Shown: positions 1 to 9,432, counted from the stretch's first letter. The stretch: DNA of 26,508 nucleotides from an uncultured bacterium (GCA_963923405.1 CAWUNT010000001.1:1-26508); one strand, 5' to 3'. The notes: generated from the letters alone by a model not told the origin. Translations and numbers: made by a program.

Positions 1-1
1 C

Positions 2-1519
2 ATGTGTTCGTTCATCGCGATTCCGGCTTTCGCCGCCGGCAAATCGACTGGAGCGCTTTCGCCCAAGATCAGTCCGGCCCTGGCCCGTCAAATGAAAGCC
101 CTGACGGCGGGAGAATCGGTCGACGGGGAGCGCAACATCCCGGCCCTGGTCTACATGATGGAACAAGCCAACCTGGACAAGGCCTACGAACTGGAAAACA
201 AGTCAGAGCGTGGATTGTACGTTTACCGGGCGCTGGTCGCGACTGCCCGCAAGTCCCAACGCAGCCTCATCGCGTGGCTCAAGGCGCATAAACTGGAATA
301 CAAGTCCTACCACCTGGGCAACGCGATTGCCGTGATGAACGCCACCCCGGACGTCATCAGCGAGATCGCTGCCCGCCCTGATGTGCAGCGCGTCGTGGCA
401 GACCCGAAAATCCGCGCGAAAGTCCCGCAACCCCAGTTACTGGAAACCATTGAGCCGACTCCAGACGGAACCGGCGAAAACGTCGTCAAGATCGGAGCGG
501 AACGGGTCTGGAACGAGATCGGAAACAAAGGCGCCGGTATCGTGGTCGGCGGTCAGGATACGGGTATCCAGTGGGATCATCCGGCCCTGAAAAACCAGTA
601 CCGCGGATGGAACGGTGGCAAGGCTGACCATACCTACTCATGGCACGATTCAATCTCGAAACCGCTGGCCCCGGAAAAGCAAAACCGCTGCGGCTACAAC
701 ATCAGCATTCCATGTGACGACAACGGACACGGCACGCATACAATCGGAACGGTGGTCGGTGACGATGGCGCAGCCAACAAAATTGGCGTGGCACCGGGCG
801 CGAAGTGGATCGGATGCCGCAACATGGACGAAGGCCTTGGTGCCCCGCACACGTACCTTGAGTGCTTCGAGTTCTTCCTCGCACCCTACCCGCAAGGCGG
901 CAACGCCGCGACCGATGGCAAGCCCGAGATGGCACCGCACGTCATCAACAACTCATGGGGTTGTGACCACAACGAAGGCTGTGACGGCAGCGAGTTCCTT
1001 GGTGTGCTGAAATCACTCGAGGCAGCCGGCATCATGGTCGTGGCATCGGCCGGTAACAGCGGCCCGGGTTGTGGCACCATCGAATCGGCCCCGGCGCATC
1101 ACACCGACGAAACCCTGTCGGTCGGCGCGATCGATCATCGCACCGACGGAATCGCGTCGTTCTCGAGCCGCGGCCCGTCGTTGTTTGATAACGGCGTCGG
1201 TCCCGACGTGACGGCTCCCGGCGTCAATGTCAGGTCATGCGTCCCGGGCAACAGCTACGCCGGATCAGGATGGAGCGGAACGTCGATGGCCGGACCACAC
1301 GTCGTCGGCCAGGTCGCGCTCATGTGGAGCGCCGCGCCTGGACTGTCCGGCAAGGTGCGTGAAACCGTTGACCTGATCCGCGGCACCGCCGTGGCCAAGT
1401 CCTCGACTCAGACGTGCGGCAACGTCGCTGGCAATGCCGTACCGAACAATGTGTTCGGCTACGGGATCATCAACGCTTACGAATCCGTCAAAGCCGCAAA
1501 AGCCAAGTTCGGCGAGTAA
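2..1519 (+). CDS. Subtilisin-like S8 serine peptidase (bacillopeptidase F-like), probably 5'-truncated at window edge
   Basis: Catalytic motifs GQDTGI (Asp), NGHGTHTIGT (His), ASAGNSG (oxyanion Asn), GTSMAGPHV (Ser); N-terminal propeptide-like region. The first residues look like the end of a signal peptide, so the true start may lie upstream. Confidence 0.93.
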   Translation: MCSFIAIPAFAAGKSTGALSPKISPALARQMKALTAGESVDGERNIPALVYMMEQANLDKAYELENKSERGLYVYRALVATARKSQRSLIAWLKAHKLEYKSYHLGNAIAVMNATPDVISEIAARPDVQRVVADPKIRAKVPQPQLLETIEPTPDGTGENVVKIGAERVWNEIGNKGAGIVVGGQDTGIQWDHPALKNQYRGWNGGKADHTYSWHDSISKPLAPEKQNRCGYNISIPCDDNGHGTHTIGTVVGDDGAANKIGVAPGAKWIGCRNMDEGLGAPHTYLECFEFFLAPYPQGGNAATDGKPEMAPHVINNSWGCDHNEGCDGSEFLGVLKSLEAAGIMVVASAGNSGPGCGTIESAPAHHTDETLSVGAIDHRTDGIASFSSRGPSLFDNGVGPDVTAPGVNVRSCVPGNSYAGSGWSGTSMAGPHVVGQVALMWSAAPGLSGKVRETVDLIRGTAVAKSSTQTCGNVAGNAVPNNVFGYGIINAYESVKAAKAKFGE

Positions 1520-1529
1520 AAGCCTGTTT

Positions 1530-2348
1530 ATGGAGTCCTGGTTCTGTGACGTCCATACTCACCTGACCCACGAACGATTTCGCGATGACCAGCAAGAGGT
1601 CATCGCGAGAGCGATCGATGCCGGGCTCGGTGCGATCGTCAGTAACGGCCTCAATCCTGCCAGCAACCGCGAAATCTTGCGTCTTGCGAGCACGATTCCC
1701 CAGGTGAAACCCGCGCTCGGCATCTATCCCACAGACGCCGTCAATGACATGCTGCCAGAGGATTATCCTTACCGCGTGGATCGGTTCGACACGCGATCTG
1801 AGATCGAGTTCATCCGCTCATGCGCGGCGAAAAAACAGATCATTGCCGTCGGGGAATGCGGACTGGATGGTTATCTGGTCGGCGAGGACACATTCGCGGC
1901 GCAAGAAAAAGTATTCGAAGCCCTCATCGGGCTGGCGATCGACCATGACCTGCCCGTCATTGTGCATAGTCGCAAACGTGAGGTCCGCTGCGCCGAGATC
2001 CTGTCCTCTCTCGGAGCGAAAAAAGTCGATTTTCACTGTTTTGGAGGCAAGACCAAACACGCTCAGAAGTGGGCTGAAGATCACGGCTGGTATTTCTCGA
2101 TTCCAGCGAATGCCCGCGTTTCGGAGAGTTTCCGCAAGATGTTGTCGTCCCTCCCGCCCGACCGGATCCTGACGGAGACAGACGCGCCATACATGGGTCC
2201 CGTGCGGGGCGAGAGGAATGAGCCCGCCAACGTCGCTGGTACGGTGGCGTTTCTCGCCGAACTTCGCGGTTGGCAACCTGAGGACGCAAAAAAAACAGTC
2301 TGGGGCAATTACCTCAGACTGTTCGGCGAATTCGATTCCCGGAACTGA
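1530..2348 (+). CDS. tatD: TatD family metal-dependent DNase/hydrolase
   Basis: DVHTHL, AVGECGLD, VIVHSR, DFHCF, ILTETDAPY motifs; ATG at 1530, 10 nt after the S8 stop (track ORF from 1434 over-extends). Confidence 0.93.
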   Translation: MESWFCDVHTHLTHERFRDDQQEVIARAIDAGLGAIVSNGLNPASNREILRLASTIPQVKPALGIYPTDAVNDMLPEDYPYRVDRFDTRSEIEFIRSCAAKKQIIAVGECGLDGYLVGEDTFAAQEKVFEALIGLAIDHDLPVIVHSRKREVRCAEILSSLGAKKVDFHCFGGKTKHAQKWAEDHGWYFSIPANARVSESFRKMLSSLPPDRILTETDAPYMGPVRGERNEPANVAGTVAFLAELRGWQPEDAKKTVWGNYLRLFGEFDSRN

Positions 2349-2359
2349 TACGCGACGCT

Positions 2360-3043
2360 TCAGAACGCCGCGCAACCTTCCCTGTTCACACGCAACTCGT
2401 AGTCGTCAAACAAGTACTTCAAACGCTCGCCTGACCGAACCTCAACCGTTGCCTCGGCATAAAGCGTCGCGCAGTACTGGGTCTCATTGGCAGCGAGCAG
2501 TTCCTGCTGGCTGACCTCGGCGCCGGCGGAAGCAGGCAGGATGCGGTAACGGATGAGCTTCTGGACGCGCACGTTGTAAGCGCCTTCCGGCAAACGGTGC
2601 AGCATGAAACCACCCGTCGCCAGAGCGTCAGCCGAGCGCGCTGCCTCGCCCTTGATGTAGATCTGGAATCCCTTGTGGAACGCGCGATTGTCGATGCGCG
2701 TCAGCAACTCGATCTTTCCGCCAGAGGCGATTTGATCCACCTGCTCTTTCGGAGCGGCGTCACTCAAAACTTCCTCGAATTGAAGCGAGAGATCGTTGGC
2801 GTCAAAGAATGCCTTGCCATTCACCGTCACTTCAGGAGCCGCGGGGATCGCCGCCTCAATGCAGCCGCTGAATGAATCGAACTTGCAATTCAGTCCGCTG
2901 TTGCGGTTCGCTACCGTTCCGTCAGCCCAGTTTTCCTGGGTGCGCCCTGTCACGCCAGTATCAACGAAGCAACCTTGAAAGAAAGCCATCGAAGCGACAG
3001 CAGCCAGCAACTTCTTAGCGCTACTCAAGCGGCTCAGTAACAT
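2360..3043 (-). CDS. Hypothetical lipoprotein
   Basis: 227-aa ORF; basic N-terminus, hydrophobic stretch and lipobox-like FQG|C at residue 25; no family recognised. Confidence 0.7.
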   Translation of the reverse strand: MLLSRLSSAKKLLAAVASMAFFQGCFVDTGVTGRTQENWADGTVANRNSGLNCKFDSFSGCIEAAIPAAPEVTVNGKAFFDANDLSLQFEEVLSDAAPKEQVDQIASGGKIELLTRIDNRAFHKGFQIYIKGEAARSADALATGGFMLHRLPEGAYNVRVQKLIRYRILPASAGAEVSQQELLAANETQYCATLYAEATVEVRSGERLKYLFDDYELRVNREGCAAF

Positions 3044-3106
3044 AAAGCCTCCGTGCTTATTTTCTAATCATCAATCTTTCGCCATTCCTCCGCTCTGGTC
3101 AATGAG

Positions 3107-3139
3107 AAAAGCAAAACCCCGGCCAGTCGCCCGGCCGGG
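3107..3139 (-). terminator. Intrinsic terminator downstream of the beta-barrel gene
   Basis: Minus strand CCCGGCCGG-GCGA-CUGGCCGGG (9-bp stem with one G-U, GNRA loop) followed by GUUUUGCUUUU, about 65 nt after the stop at 3204. Confidence 0.75.
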
Positions 3140-3203
3140 TCTGAATGATTGACGCTTGTTTGCTACTCGCTTGTCCCTGTCAAACGATCAGGGCGCGCCG
3201 ACT

Positions 3204-3893
3204 TTACAGCCAGATCGAGAAACCAGTCCCGATCGTGGTTGTCTCGTTGCGGATCGAGTCAAAACTCGTGCTGCCGCTGCCCTTCATCAAGTGCTCCGAA
3301 ATCGTCTTCACGGTGCCGAACACGGAGACCTGGCTGTTCAGGAAGTAATTCATGCCGATCGAGTAATACATGCCGCTGCCGTAGTAGTCGGCACGCTCGA
3401 GGCGTTGCACGAGATCCATGCGGGAAGCCAGGATTCCGCCGCCAAGTTCGAGATTCGCGAGAGGCGCCATGAACACGAAGCGCGCGCCGGCGTTGAGTCG
3501 TGAACCACTCAGGGTCTGGAGTCCGTCATCATTGCGCCGCAGCGACACGAAAGTATGGCCGCCTGTGAATTGTATGAACTTCATCACTTCGAGACCAAAA
3601 TTGGTCCCGATACCGAAACCGCGCCACGAGTCACTGGATGGGCCAAGATTCCCGAGGCCCGAGACCGCGTCAGCGCTCTTTCCGGAAGAACTCACGCCGG
3701 AGAACTTGCCGAATTCGCCGTCGAGCGTCTGGGACACGAACATGTGACTGACGTTCCCGGAACGCATCGTGTTGACGAAGTTGTGGTTACCCGTCGCGAC
3801 GGCCTGCGCGAATGCCTGATGGCTGGTTGCCAGCCCCAGAAACGCTGCCACGACAACCCCTGATGCCTTGACTGTGAATTTACAGAACCCCAT
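3204..3893 (-). CDS. Putative outer-membrane beta-barrel protein
   Basis: ATG 3893 preceded by GGGGAGG; Sec signal (AFA|QA); alternating Gly/aromatic beta-strands; C-terminal strand IGTGFSIWL. Confidence 0.7.
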   Translation of the reverse strand: MGFCKFTVKASGVVVAAFLGLATSHQAFAQAVATGNHNFVNTMRSGNVSHMFVSQTLDGEFGKFSGVSSSGKSADAVSGLGNLGPSSDSWRGFGIGTNFGLEVMKFIQFTGGHTFVSLRRNDDGLQTLSGSRLNAGARFVFMAPLANLELGGGILASRMDLVQRLERADYYGSGMYYSIGMNYFLNSQVSVFGTVKTISEHLMKGSGSTSFDSIRNETTTIGTGFSIWL

Positions 3894-3955
3894 TGCGGCC
3901 TCCCCGACCTCTACCAGCGCTTTAACCATCAGCGATCTGATTTTGGGTGAGGTAC

Positions 3956-3972
3956 TTCAAGGCCCGTGCCAG
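3956..3972 (-). promoter_or_regulatory. Variant sigma54-like -24/-12 promoter of the beta-barrel gene
   Basis: Minus strand CTGGCACGGGCCTTGAA: perfect -24 TGGCACG, correct spacing, TTGA instead of TTGC; predicted TSS about 50 nt before ATG 3893. Confidence 0.45.
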
Positions 3973-4092
3973 ACGCAGGCGTGGGAGGGTCAGGGGTCTG
4001 CCATAATTTTTTCTTATTGATTACAGTGGATTACAGACTGCCTTCCGGCAGGTTCGAAGCAGGGATCACCCGACAGGCATCAGGGGACCTGC

Positions 4093-4743
4093 CTAGCGAA
4101 CAGGTGCAGTGTTAACAGGTTTGACAGCCTCGCCCCGTTCCAGGCGTGATACCCGGCCCGGGAACGGCGCCGCGGGGGCTCCGCCGCCATTGATCCGGAT
4201 GTCGGCTGCCAGCTCGCCATTGCGCCCCGTGAAACGGGACCCACCCTTGCCGAGGAAGGCAAAAAGGCCAGGCTCGACACGCGAAAGGCTCCCCTGCACG
4301 TCCAGATCTCCGACATGCTCCTCGAGGTCATGATCCTCGCCAAAAGTACGGCTCAGGCTCAACCTCAAGCGAAGTTCCCCGGCCTCGGTTTTTCCGCCGG
4401 GAATCGTCTCCACATGCCAGTCGCCAAAATAAAAATGGTTCGGACGATCGATGCGCGCCCTCAGGTTGAACTCCTGGGCACGGCGCGGAATGGTGACTTC
4501 ACGCGACCCGCGCCCCGCGGCGCCGGTTGTGGCGGCCGGCACACGCTCGAACCCCCGGATGACCAGGGGAATCCGCACGCGGGGCGCGTCCGCGTCCGCG
4601 TCCAGCTCCAAATCGGACGTATGGCTGGTCGATGCCTCTTTCGCGAACATGCTCCAGTCGTCTGGCTGGAATGGCGCCGCCATCGCGCTGGAGACCGTCA
4701 TCAAGGCAGCCGTCACGAGAAAAAGTTTTTTGCCGACGCGCAT
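4093..4743 (-). CDS. Hypothetical secreted protein
   Basis: 216-aa ORF with Sec-type signal (MRVGKKLFLVTAALMTVSSAMA|AP), GAGG upstream; no family recognised. Confidence 0.65.
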   Translation of the reverse strand: MRVGKKLFLVTAALMTVSSAMAAPFQPDDWSMFAKEASTSHTSDLELDADADAPRVRIPLVIRGFERVPAATTGAAGRGSREVTIPRRAQEFNLRARIDRPNHFYFGDWHVETIPGGKTEAGELRLRLSLSRTFGEDHDLEEHVGDLDVQGSLSRVEPGLFAFLGKGGSRFTGRNGELAADIRINGGGAPAAPFPGRVSRLERGEAVKPVNTAPVR

Positions 4744-4811
4744 CGGTTGGTTGCCTCATGACTTGGGGATTGGATAATCTCTCCCTTCATTATAGACCGA
4801 CAAGGCAGCAA

Positions 4812-6368
4812 ATGGGCAATGTCATGCACCGCATCAGGACCCGCGCCAACCGCGCGAAGGCAGCGCGCAGCGCGAATCCGGACCCATGCGGATATGTTGT
4901 CAATTGGTCCATCGGCGGCTTGATTCTGGCGAACTTCCTGTTTCTCGGACAGAAAATCCCGGTTCCTTCGTTGATTGCCAAACCCCGCACGGAAGCCCAC
5001 CTTGAGCGCACCGCGAAGGCACTCGAAGCATGGCGTGCCGTCAACGGAACCTACCCGGCAACACTCGGCGAAATGATGGCGTCACCAGAAGTGCGCGAGG
5101 TCAATCCTGATTTTCATGACGCGTCAGGTAATCGCCTTGAATACATCCGGACCGGTTTCGATCGTTTCATCCTGCGCAGTTTTGGCAGTGACTCGGTCCC
5201 GGCCACCAGTAACTCAAGCAACGACGATATCATCCTGGAGAGCGCGAGTTCCCGGTACGCCGGAGGAATGGTCCTTAACAAAAGAGACCACCCGGAAGAC
5301 CACAAAGGTGACTCCCGCGAGTCACCGGTCGCGGATGCCAGTTCTTTCGAGTTTTTCACGTGGCCACCGGCTGCGGCGGAAGGCCTGTGGTCGCCTGACG
5401 GACACTGGCTGGCGCGTGTTGCCTCAAATCCGGTGACGGCCGAAAGACGCATCGTCGTGATCAGCGAGGACCATCAACGCGTCCTCGTGTCACCACACGA
5501 TCGCGTCGAGGAATTCCTCTGGGAGTCGGGTGTCAGCGAACCATCATTGATCTTCACGGCGACCGGCAGCGAACTATACGATGACGGCATTTACCGTTGG
5601 CGCCTCACTGCGTCAGAGCCAGGCGACTCCTCGAAAATGGAAAATCTGATCGAGGATAAAACGCCAGAAGGCCTGCCGGGCCGACTGAACGCCGGCGGCT
5701 CTGCCGCAACGACACCTCAAAAAAAGCGCTGGGTGCTGGCGCTCCTCCAATCCACGGGTACAACCAACGCCCTTGCGGTTCCTGAGGCCGAACTGATCGC
5801 CAGCTCGGGACAAAGAAAATTCCTGGACGCGACCAATGTCCTGGTCTGTCCGCCGGATGGACCCAGGTGCGTGACCAACGCCCGCCTGCACGGCAAACAG
5901 GCCCGTTTCCGCCTTGCGCTGGACCAGTCACACCGCATGCGGGGGACGGTCACCCCGGGTCAAAGGACCTGGAACCGCTTGCCCACCCGCGGCAAGGGTA
6001 CCGAACTGCTTCAATCCTGGAGAACCGGGGAACGGGAAAGCGCCACCAGCGCGATGCAGCCTTACGTCCTGTTTTTCAGCGTCCTGCTTCACGACCAGGT
6101 CCGCGCGACGCCTTCGACCAACATGGGACCGGGGACGCTGAAAAAATTGCAAATCTCGACGGAAGAGGCCGTCGCGGCTCTACTTAAAAGCCAGGAGACA
6201 CCTCGCTACCTGCAAGCCCTGCTTGTCGGCGGGGATCGTCCTTCGTTGAGAAACATGGGTACCAGTGATCCGCGACCGGTTTTTGAGATTACCGACGCGC
6301 GATTAAAGGAGGGTGGAGCCGATGACAGAAAAGAAAAAGCGGCAGCCGGCAAAAAAACTCGCGGCTGA
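4812..6368 (+). CDS. GspG/pseudopilin-like N-terminal domain fused to a beta-propeller-like region
   Basis: N-terminal hydrophobic helix, then ALEAWRAVNGTYP...DASGNRLEY...LRSFGSD...NDDI resembling the T2SS protein G domain; later WSPDGHWLA (TolB/WD40-like). Start 4812 or 4824; the track start at 4632 overlaps the opposite gene. Confidence 0.65.
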   Translation: MGNVMHRIRTRANRAKAARSANPDPCGYVVNWSIGGLILANFLFLGQKIPVPSLIAKPRTEAHLERTAKALEAWRAVNGTYPATLGEMMASPEVREVNPDFHDASGNRLEYIRTGFDRFILRSFGSDSVPATSNSSNDDIILESASSRYAGGMVLNKRDHPEDHKGDSRESPVADASSFEFFTWPPAAAEGLWSPDGHWLARVASNPVTAERRIVVISEDHQRVLVSPHDRVEEFLWESGVSEPSLIFTATGSELYDDGIYRWRLTASEPGDSSKMENLIEDKTPEGLPGRLNAGGSAATTPQKKRWVLALLQSTGTTNALAVPEAELIASSGQRKFLDATNVLVCPPDGPRCVTNARLHGKQARFRLALDQSHRMRGTVTPGQRTWNRLPTRGKGTELLQSWRTGERESATSAMQPYVLFFSVLLHDQVRATPSTNMGPGTLKKLQISTEEAVAALLKSQETPRYLQALLVGGDRPSLRNMGTSDPRPVFEITDARLKEGGADDRKEKAAAGKKTRG

Positions 6369-7512
6369 CCCTTCCATTTACGGAGTCGTTCTCGCGGGTG
6401 GCAGCGGCACCAGATTTTGGCCGAAGTCGCGCCTCAAGTCGCCAAAGCAACTGTGCGTCCTCGGCAACGAAACAGCGCCAATGCTTGAGATCACGCTGGA
6501 TCGTTTCGCGCCTCTGGTGGCGCCATCGCGCAGGATGATCATCACTCACAAGGAACAACTGTCCGCGACGCGCAAGATCGCCGGAAAAAAATGCCCTCTG
6601 CTGATTGCCGAGCCTCAGGCACGCAACACGGCACCTGCCCTTGCTCTGGCTGCGCTGGCGATCGAGAAATCGTGGCGTCCGGGTATCCATGGCAATGACC
6701 GCGAAACTGACGGTCGTGATGCCGGTCCGGTCATGGTCTCGATGCATGCGGATCACGTCATCACCAACCTTGAGAACTTCAATGAGGTGATCCGGCGCGC
6801 GGTCGCGATCGCGCGAACTGGTCGCCTGACCTTGCTGGGGGTCATCCCTGCCTGGCCAGAGACCGGGTATGGTTACATTGAGAGAGGGCACGCCCTGCAC
6901 CTGCGGCCGTTCGACAACAACGTCTACGGGTACGAAGTCGCGGGGTTTCGCGAGAAACCCGATTTCAAAACGGCCTCGCGTTACGTTGAAAGCGGCGCGT
7001 TCCTCTGGAACTCAGGATTGTTTGTCTTCCCGGTACGGACGCTGCTGCGCGAACTCGACCAGAGCCTGCCGGGTGACATGAAAAAACTGCGCGCTTGCCT
7101 GCGCAAAAATGTGAAGCCCGGGGAAAATCCTTTTGACCAGGCAAAACTGGCGCGCGTCTATCCACGACTCGAAAAAATTTCAATCGATGAAGCCGTCCTG
7201 GAGAAGAGCCGCGAAATCGCCGTCGTGGACGCCGACTTTGGCTGGCAAGACATCGGCAGCTGGGATGCCCTCGGGAAAGCATTCCCACCCACAGACTCCG
7301 CGGGAAACCTGGTGAATGGAGACGCGGTCCTGGTCGACACGGAAAACACGACCATCGATTCGGACGGACCACTCGTCGCGGCGATCGGCCTGAAGAACAT
7401 GGTGGTGGTACACCACAAAGGGGCGATTCTGGTGTGTCCCAAGGATCGCGCCCAGGATGTCAAATATGTGGTTGAGGCCCTGAAAGCCGGCAAACGGACG
7501 GATTTGCTCTAG
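6322..7512 (+). CDS. manC: Mannose-1-phosphate guanylyltransferase (no C-terminal isomerase/cupin domain)
   Basis: VVLAGGSGTRFWPKSR..PKQ, EPQARNTAPA, MHADH, PETGYGYI, FREKP, WNSGLF, SIDEAVLEKS, WQDIGSW; AAGGAGG upstream of ATG 6322. Confidence 0.92.
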   Translation: MTEKKKRQPAKKLAADPSIYGVVLAGGSGTRFWPKSRLKSPKQLCVLGNETAPMLEITLDRFAPLVAPSRRMIITHKEQLSATRKIAGKKCPLLIAEPQARNTAPALALAALAIEKSWRPGIHGNDRETDGRDAGPVMVSMHADHVITNLENFNEVIRRAVAIARTGRLTLLGVIPAWPETGYGYIERGHALHLRPFDNNVYGYEVAGFREKPDFKTASRYVESGAFLWNSGLFVFPVRTLLRELDQSLPGDMKKLRACLRKNVKPGENPFDQAKLARVYPRLEKISIDEAVLEKSREIAVVDADFGWQDIGSWDALGKAFPPTDSAGNLVNGDAVLVDTENTTIDSDGPLVAAIGLKNMVVVHHKGAILVCPKDRAQDVKYVVEALKAGKRTDLL

Positions 7513-7513
7513 G

Positions 7514-8665
7514 TTAGAGCCGGTAACCGTATGCGTTGCCGAGTCCAGTCAGGAAGTAAATCCCGTCTTGCATGAACAGGGGTTGGGCGGTCACGCTGTA
7601 ACCTGTGGAATCATTCCACTGCGTAGCGCCCGACTGGATGTCCATCGATGTCACGCGTCCGTTGGATGAGGTCGCCACGACCCTGGTCTCCGCCGCCGTC
7701 AAAGTCGTCGGGGGCGCGCCAGTGACTGTACGCCACAATTGACGACCCTGATTATTCTGGTCGAGGGCGATGACGTCCCCATTCACGCAACCGATGAACA
7801 TGCGTCCATTGCGCACAGTGGACGTCGCGATGGCCGGGTACTTCTCCTGCCACACCGTCCGCGTATCAGATGTCTGGATGTCGACTGCCGCGACAACGCC
7901 GTCATAGCGAGTCAGGTACAGGATTCCATCACGCACCTGCATCTCACCGACCACATCACGGAACCTCGCGTCACTGACGACAGGATTGGCGCGCCAAGAT
8001 TGCTTGCCGTTCTGCAGCCCCGCCGCAACGACTTCGCCCGAGGCGAGCCCGGCGATCACCATGTCGCCTGATACGACTGGCGCGGCACCGCCCTGTACGG
8101 TGAGACCATCGGGGAAGCCCGCGTCGAACAGCCAGAGGCTCTTCCCGGTCTGGTAATCGATCCCGTACAGAACCTGGGCCGAGGTCTGGATCAGCAGCAC
8201 ATTCCCGGCAAGTACCGGTTTGCGATCGGTGAACGAATCCAGGGAACCTTCCCAGGCGCGTTTCCCGGTGGTGACATCAACTTTGAAAATCTTGCCGTTT
8301 CTGGTTCCGAAAACGACAAACCCGCCGAGGTTGACCATCGGACTCGTGACTTCACTGCCGGCATCGAACCACCAGTTCACTTTGCCAGAATTGAATTCCC
8401 GCGAACCGACCCAGCCCTCACCGGACGAACTGAAGTCACCGATGACGGACTCGCCGTGAACGGCCAAACCAGAACGGTTGTCCCGGCCGAGTGGTTTCTC
8501 GTGGTTGATCGAAGGCAGAAACGTGATCGTCCGCAAACGGAAGGGACGGGTCGCCGGGTCCGCGCTGTCGGCATCGGCCCTGGCGATCGGCGCGGCACAC
8601 AAAGCCGCCATTGCCATCACAAAAAACAAACGCATGATTTTTCCCGCCACACTTGGTCGAATCAA
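7514..8665 (-). CDS. bamB: PQQ-type beta-propeller, BamB-like outer-membrane assembly factor
   Basis: Repeated PQQ-like blades (VDVTTGKRAWE, IDYQTGKSLW, LQNGKQSW, LDQNNQGRQLW, DIQSGATQW); directly downstream of a YfgM-like gene as in the conserved yfgM-bamB pair. Start is TTG 8665 or ATG 8635. Confidence 0.75.
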   Translation of the reverse strand: MIRPSVAGKIMRLFFVMAMAALCAAPIARADADSADPATRPFRLRTITFLPSINHEKPLGRDNRSGLAVHGESVIGDFSSSGEGWVGSREFNSGKVNWWFDAGSEVTSPMVNLGGFVVFGTRNGKIFKVDVTTGKRAWEGSLDSFTDRKPVLAGNVLLIQTSAQVLYGIDYQTGKSLWLFDAGFPDGLTVQGGAAPVVSGDMVIAGLASGEVVAAGLQNGKQSWRANPVVSDARFRDVVGEMQVRDGILYLTRYDGVVAAVDIQTSDTRTVWQEKYPAIATSTVRNGRMFIGCVNGDVIALDQNNQGRQLWRTVTGAPPTTLTAAETRVVATSSNGRVTSMDIQSGATQWNDSTGYSVTAQPLFMQDGIYFLTGLGNAYGYRL

Positions 8666-9432
8666 TTCGTCGCGATCGCCGTGAGGGATGTCAGCATGGC
8701 GCGAGCCTTGCCAGCCTCCTCGGAGGAGGAATGCTTCTCGATGATCGCGTTGAGTGTGTTCCTGGCTTCTTCCTTGTCCTCTTTCTTGGCGGAGGCCGTC
8801 GCGCGCGAGATTTCAACGCGAGCTTTGTTCAGAAGAACCCGGGATTTCAAATCGTCACTGACCGTCTCGATCAGGATCTTTGCCTGGGCAATGGCATCAT
8901 CGTAACGCTTGAGGTCCTCGAGGATCGCCATGGCAAGAAGCCTCGCCGTGGTCTGGTGAAACGGAGACGCGATCGATTTCGCGATCACAGGCTCAACGAG
9001 TTTCAATGCCGAGTCCAGGTCGGCTTGCGACGGTTCATCCTTGTCGAGCGTGATGTTGGCCGCGCGCAGTCCGGCCAGCCAGCCCTCTTCGGAACCGGGG
9101 TTCTTTTTCGCGTATTCCGTGTAGTCCGCCAGTGAAGCGGAGTGGTCCGGTTTGACCTTTCCGGATGCCTTGGCAGCCGCGTCGGCTTTCTTGAACGCGG
9201 ACTCGGTTTCCGCGCTGTACTTGTCCTCGATCCGCGCGAGTTCCTTGAGGCGTCCGTCCTTCAACTTGCCCGAGACTGCCTGCCAGATGAAACCGCCCGC
9301 CGCAACGATGGCAACGGGCAACAACATCAGCCCGATCTGCCGCTTGTTCGCGAGAAACCAGTTCATGACTCCAAACAAACGGACCTGGAACGCGTCCGGC
9401 CCCTTCAGTTCTGATTTTTTCAGTTCCGACAT
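8662..9432 (-). CDS. yfgM: YfgM-like single-TM TPR protein (ancillary SecYEG subunit)
   Basis: ELKGPDAFQ...NWFLANKRQI, one TM helix, TPR-like helices; GGAG 6 nt before ATG 9432; adjacent to bamB-like gene. Confidence 0.72.
   Translation of the reverse strand: MSELKKSELKGPDAFQVRLFGVMNWFLANKRQIGLMLLPVAIVAAGGFIWQAVSGKLKDGRLKELARIEDKYSAETESAFKKADAAAKASGKVKPDHSASLADYTEYAKKNPGSEEGWLAGLRAANITLDKDEPSQADLDSALKLVEPVIAKSIASPFHQTTARLLAMAILEDLKRYDDAIAQAKILIETVSDDLKSRVLLNKARVEISRATASAKKEDKEEARNTLNAIIEKHSSSEEAGKARAMLTSLTAIATN

Noticed and set aside
2-2348. Functional link between the S8 peptidase and TatD
   Set aside because: They are adjacent (10-nt gap), but nothing in the sequence supports a shared pathway.
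4586-4606. Short (TCCGCG)n tandem
   Set aside because: It simply encodes DADADA in the minus-strand CDS.
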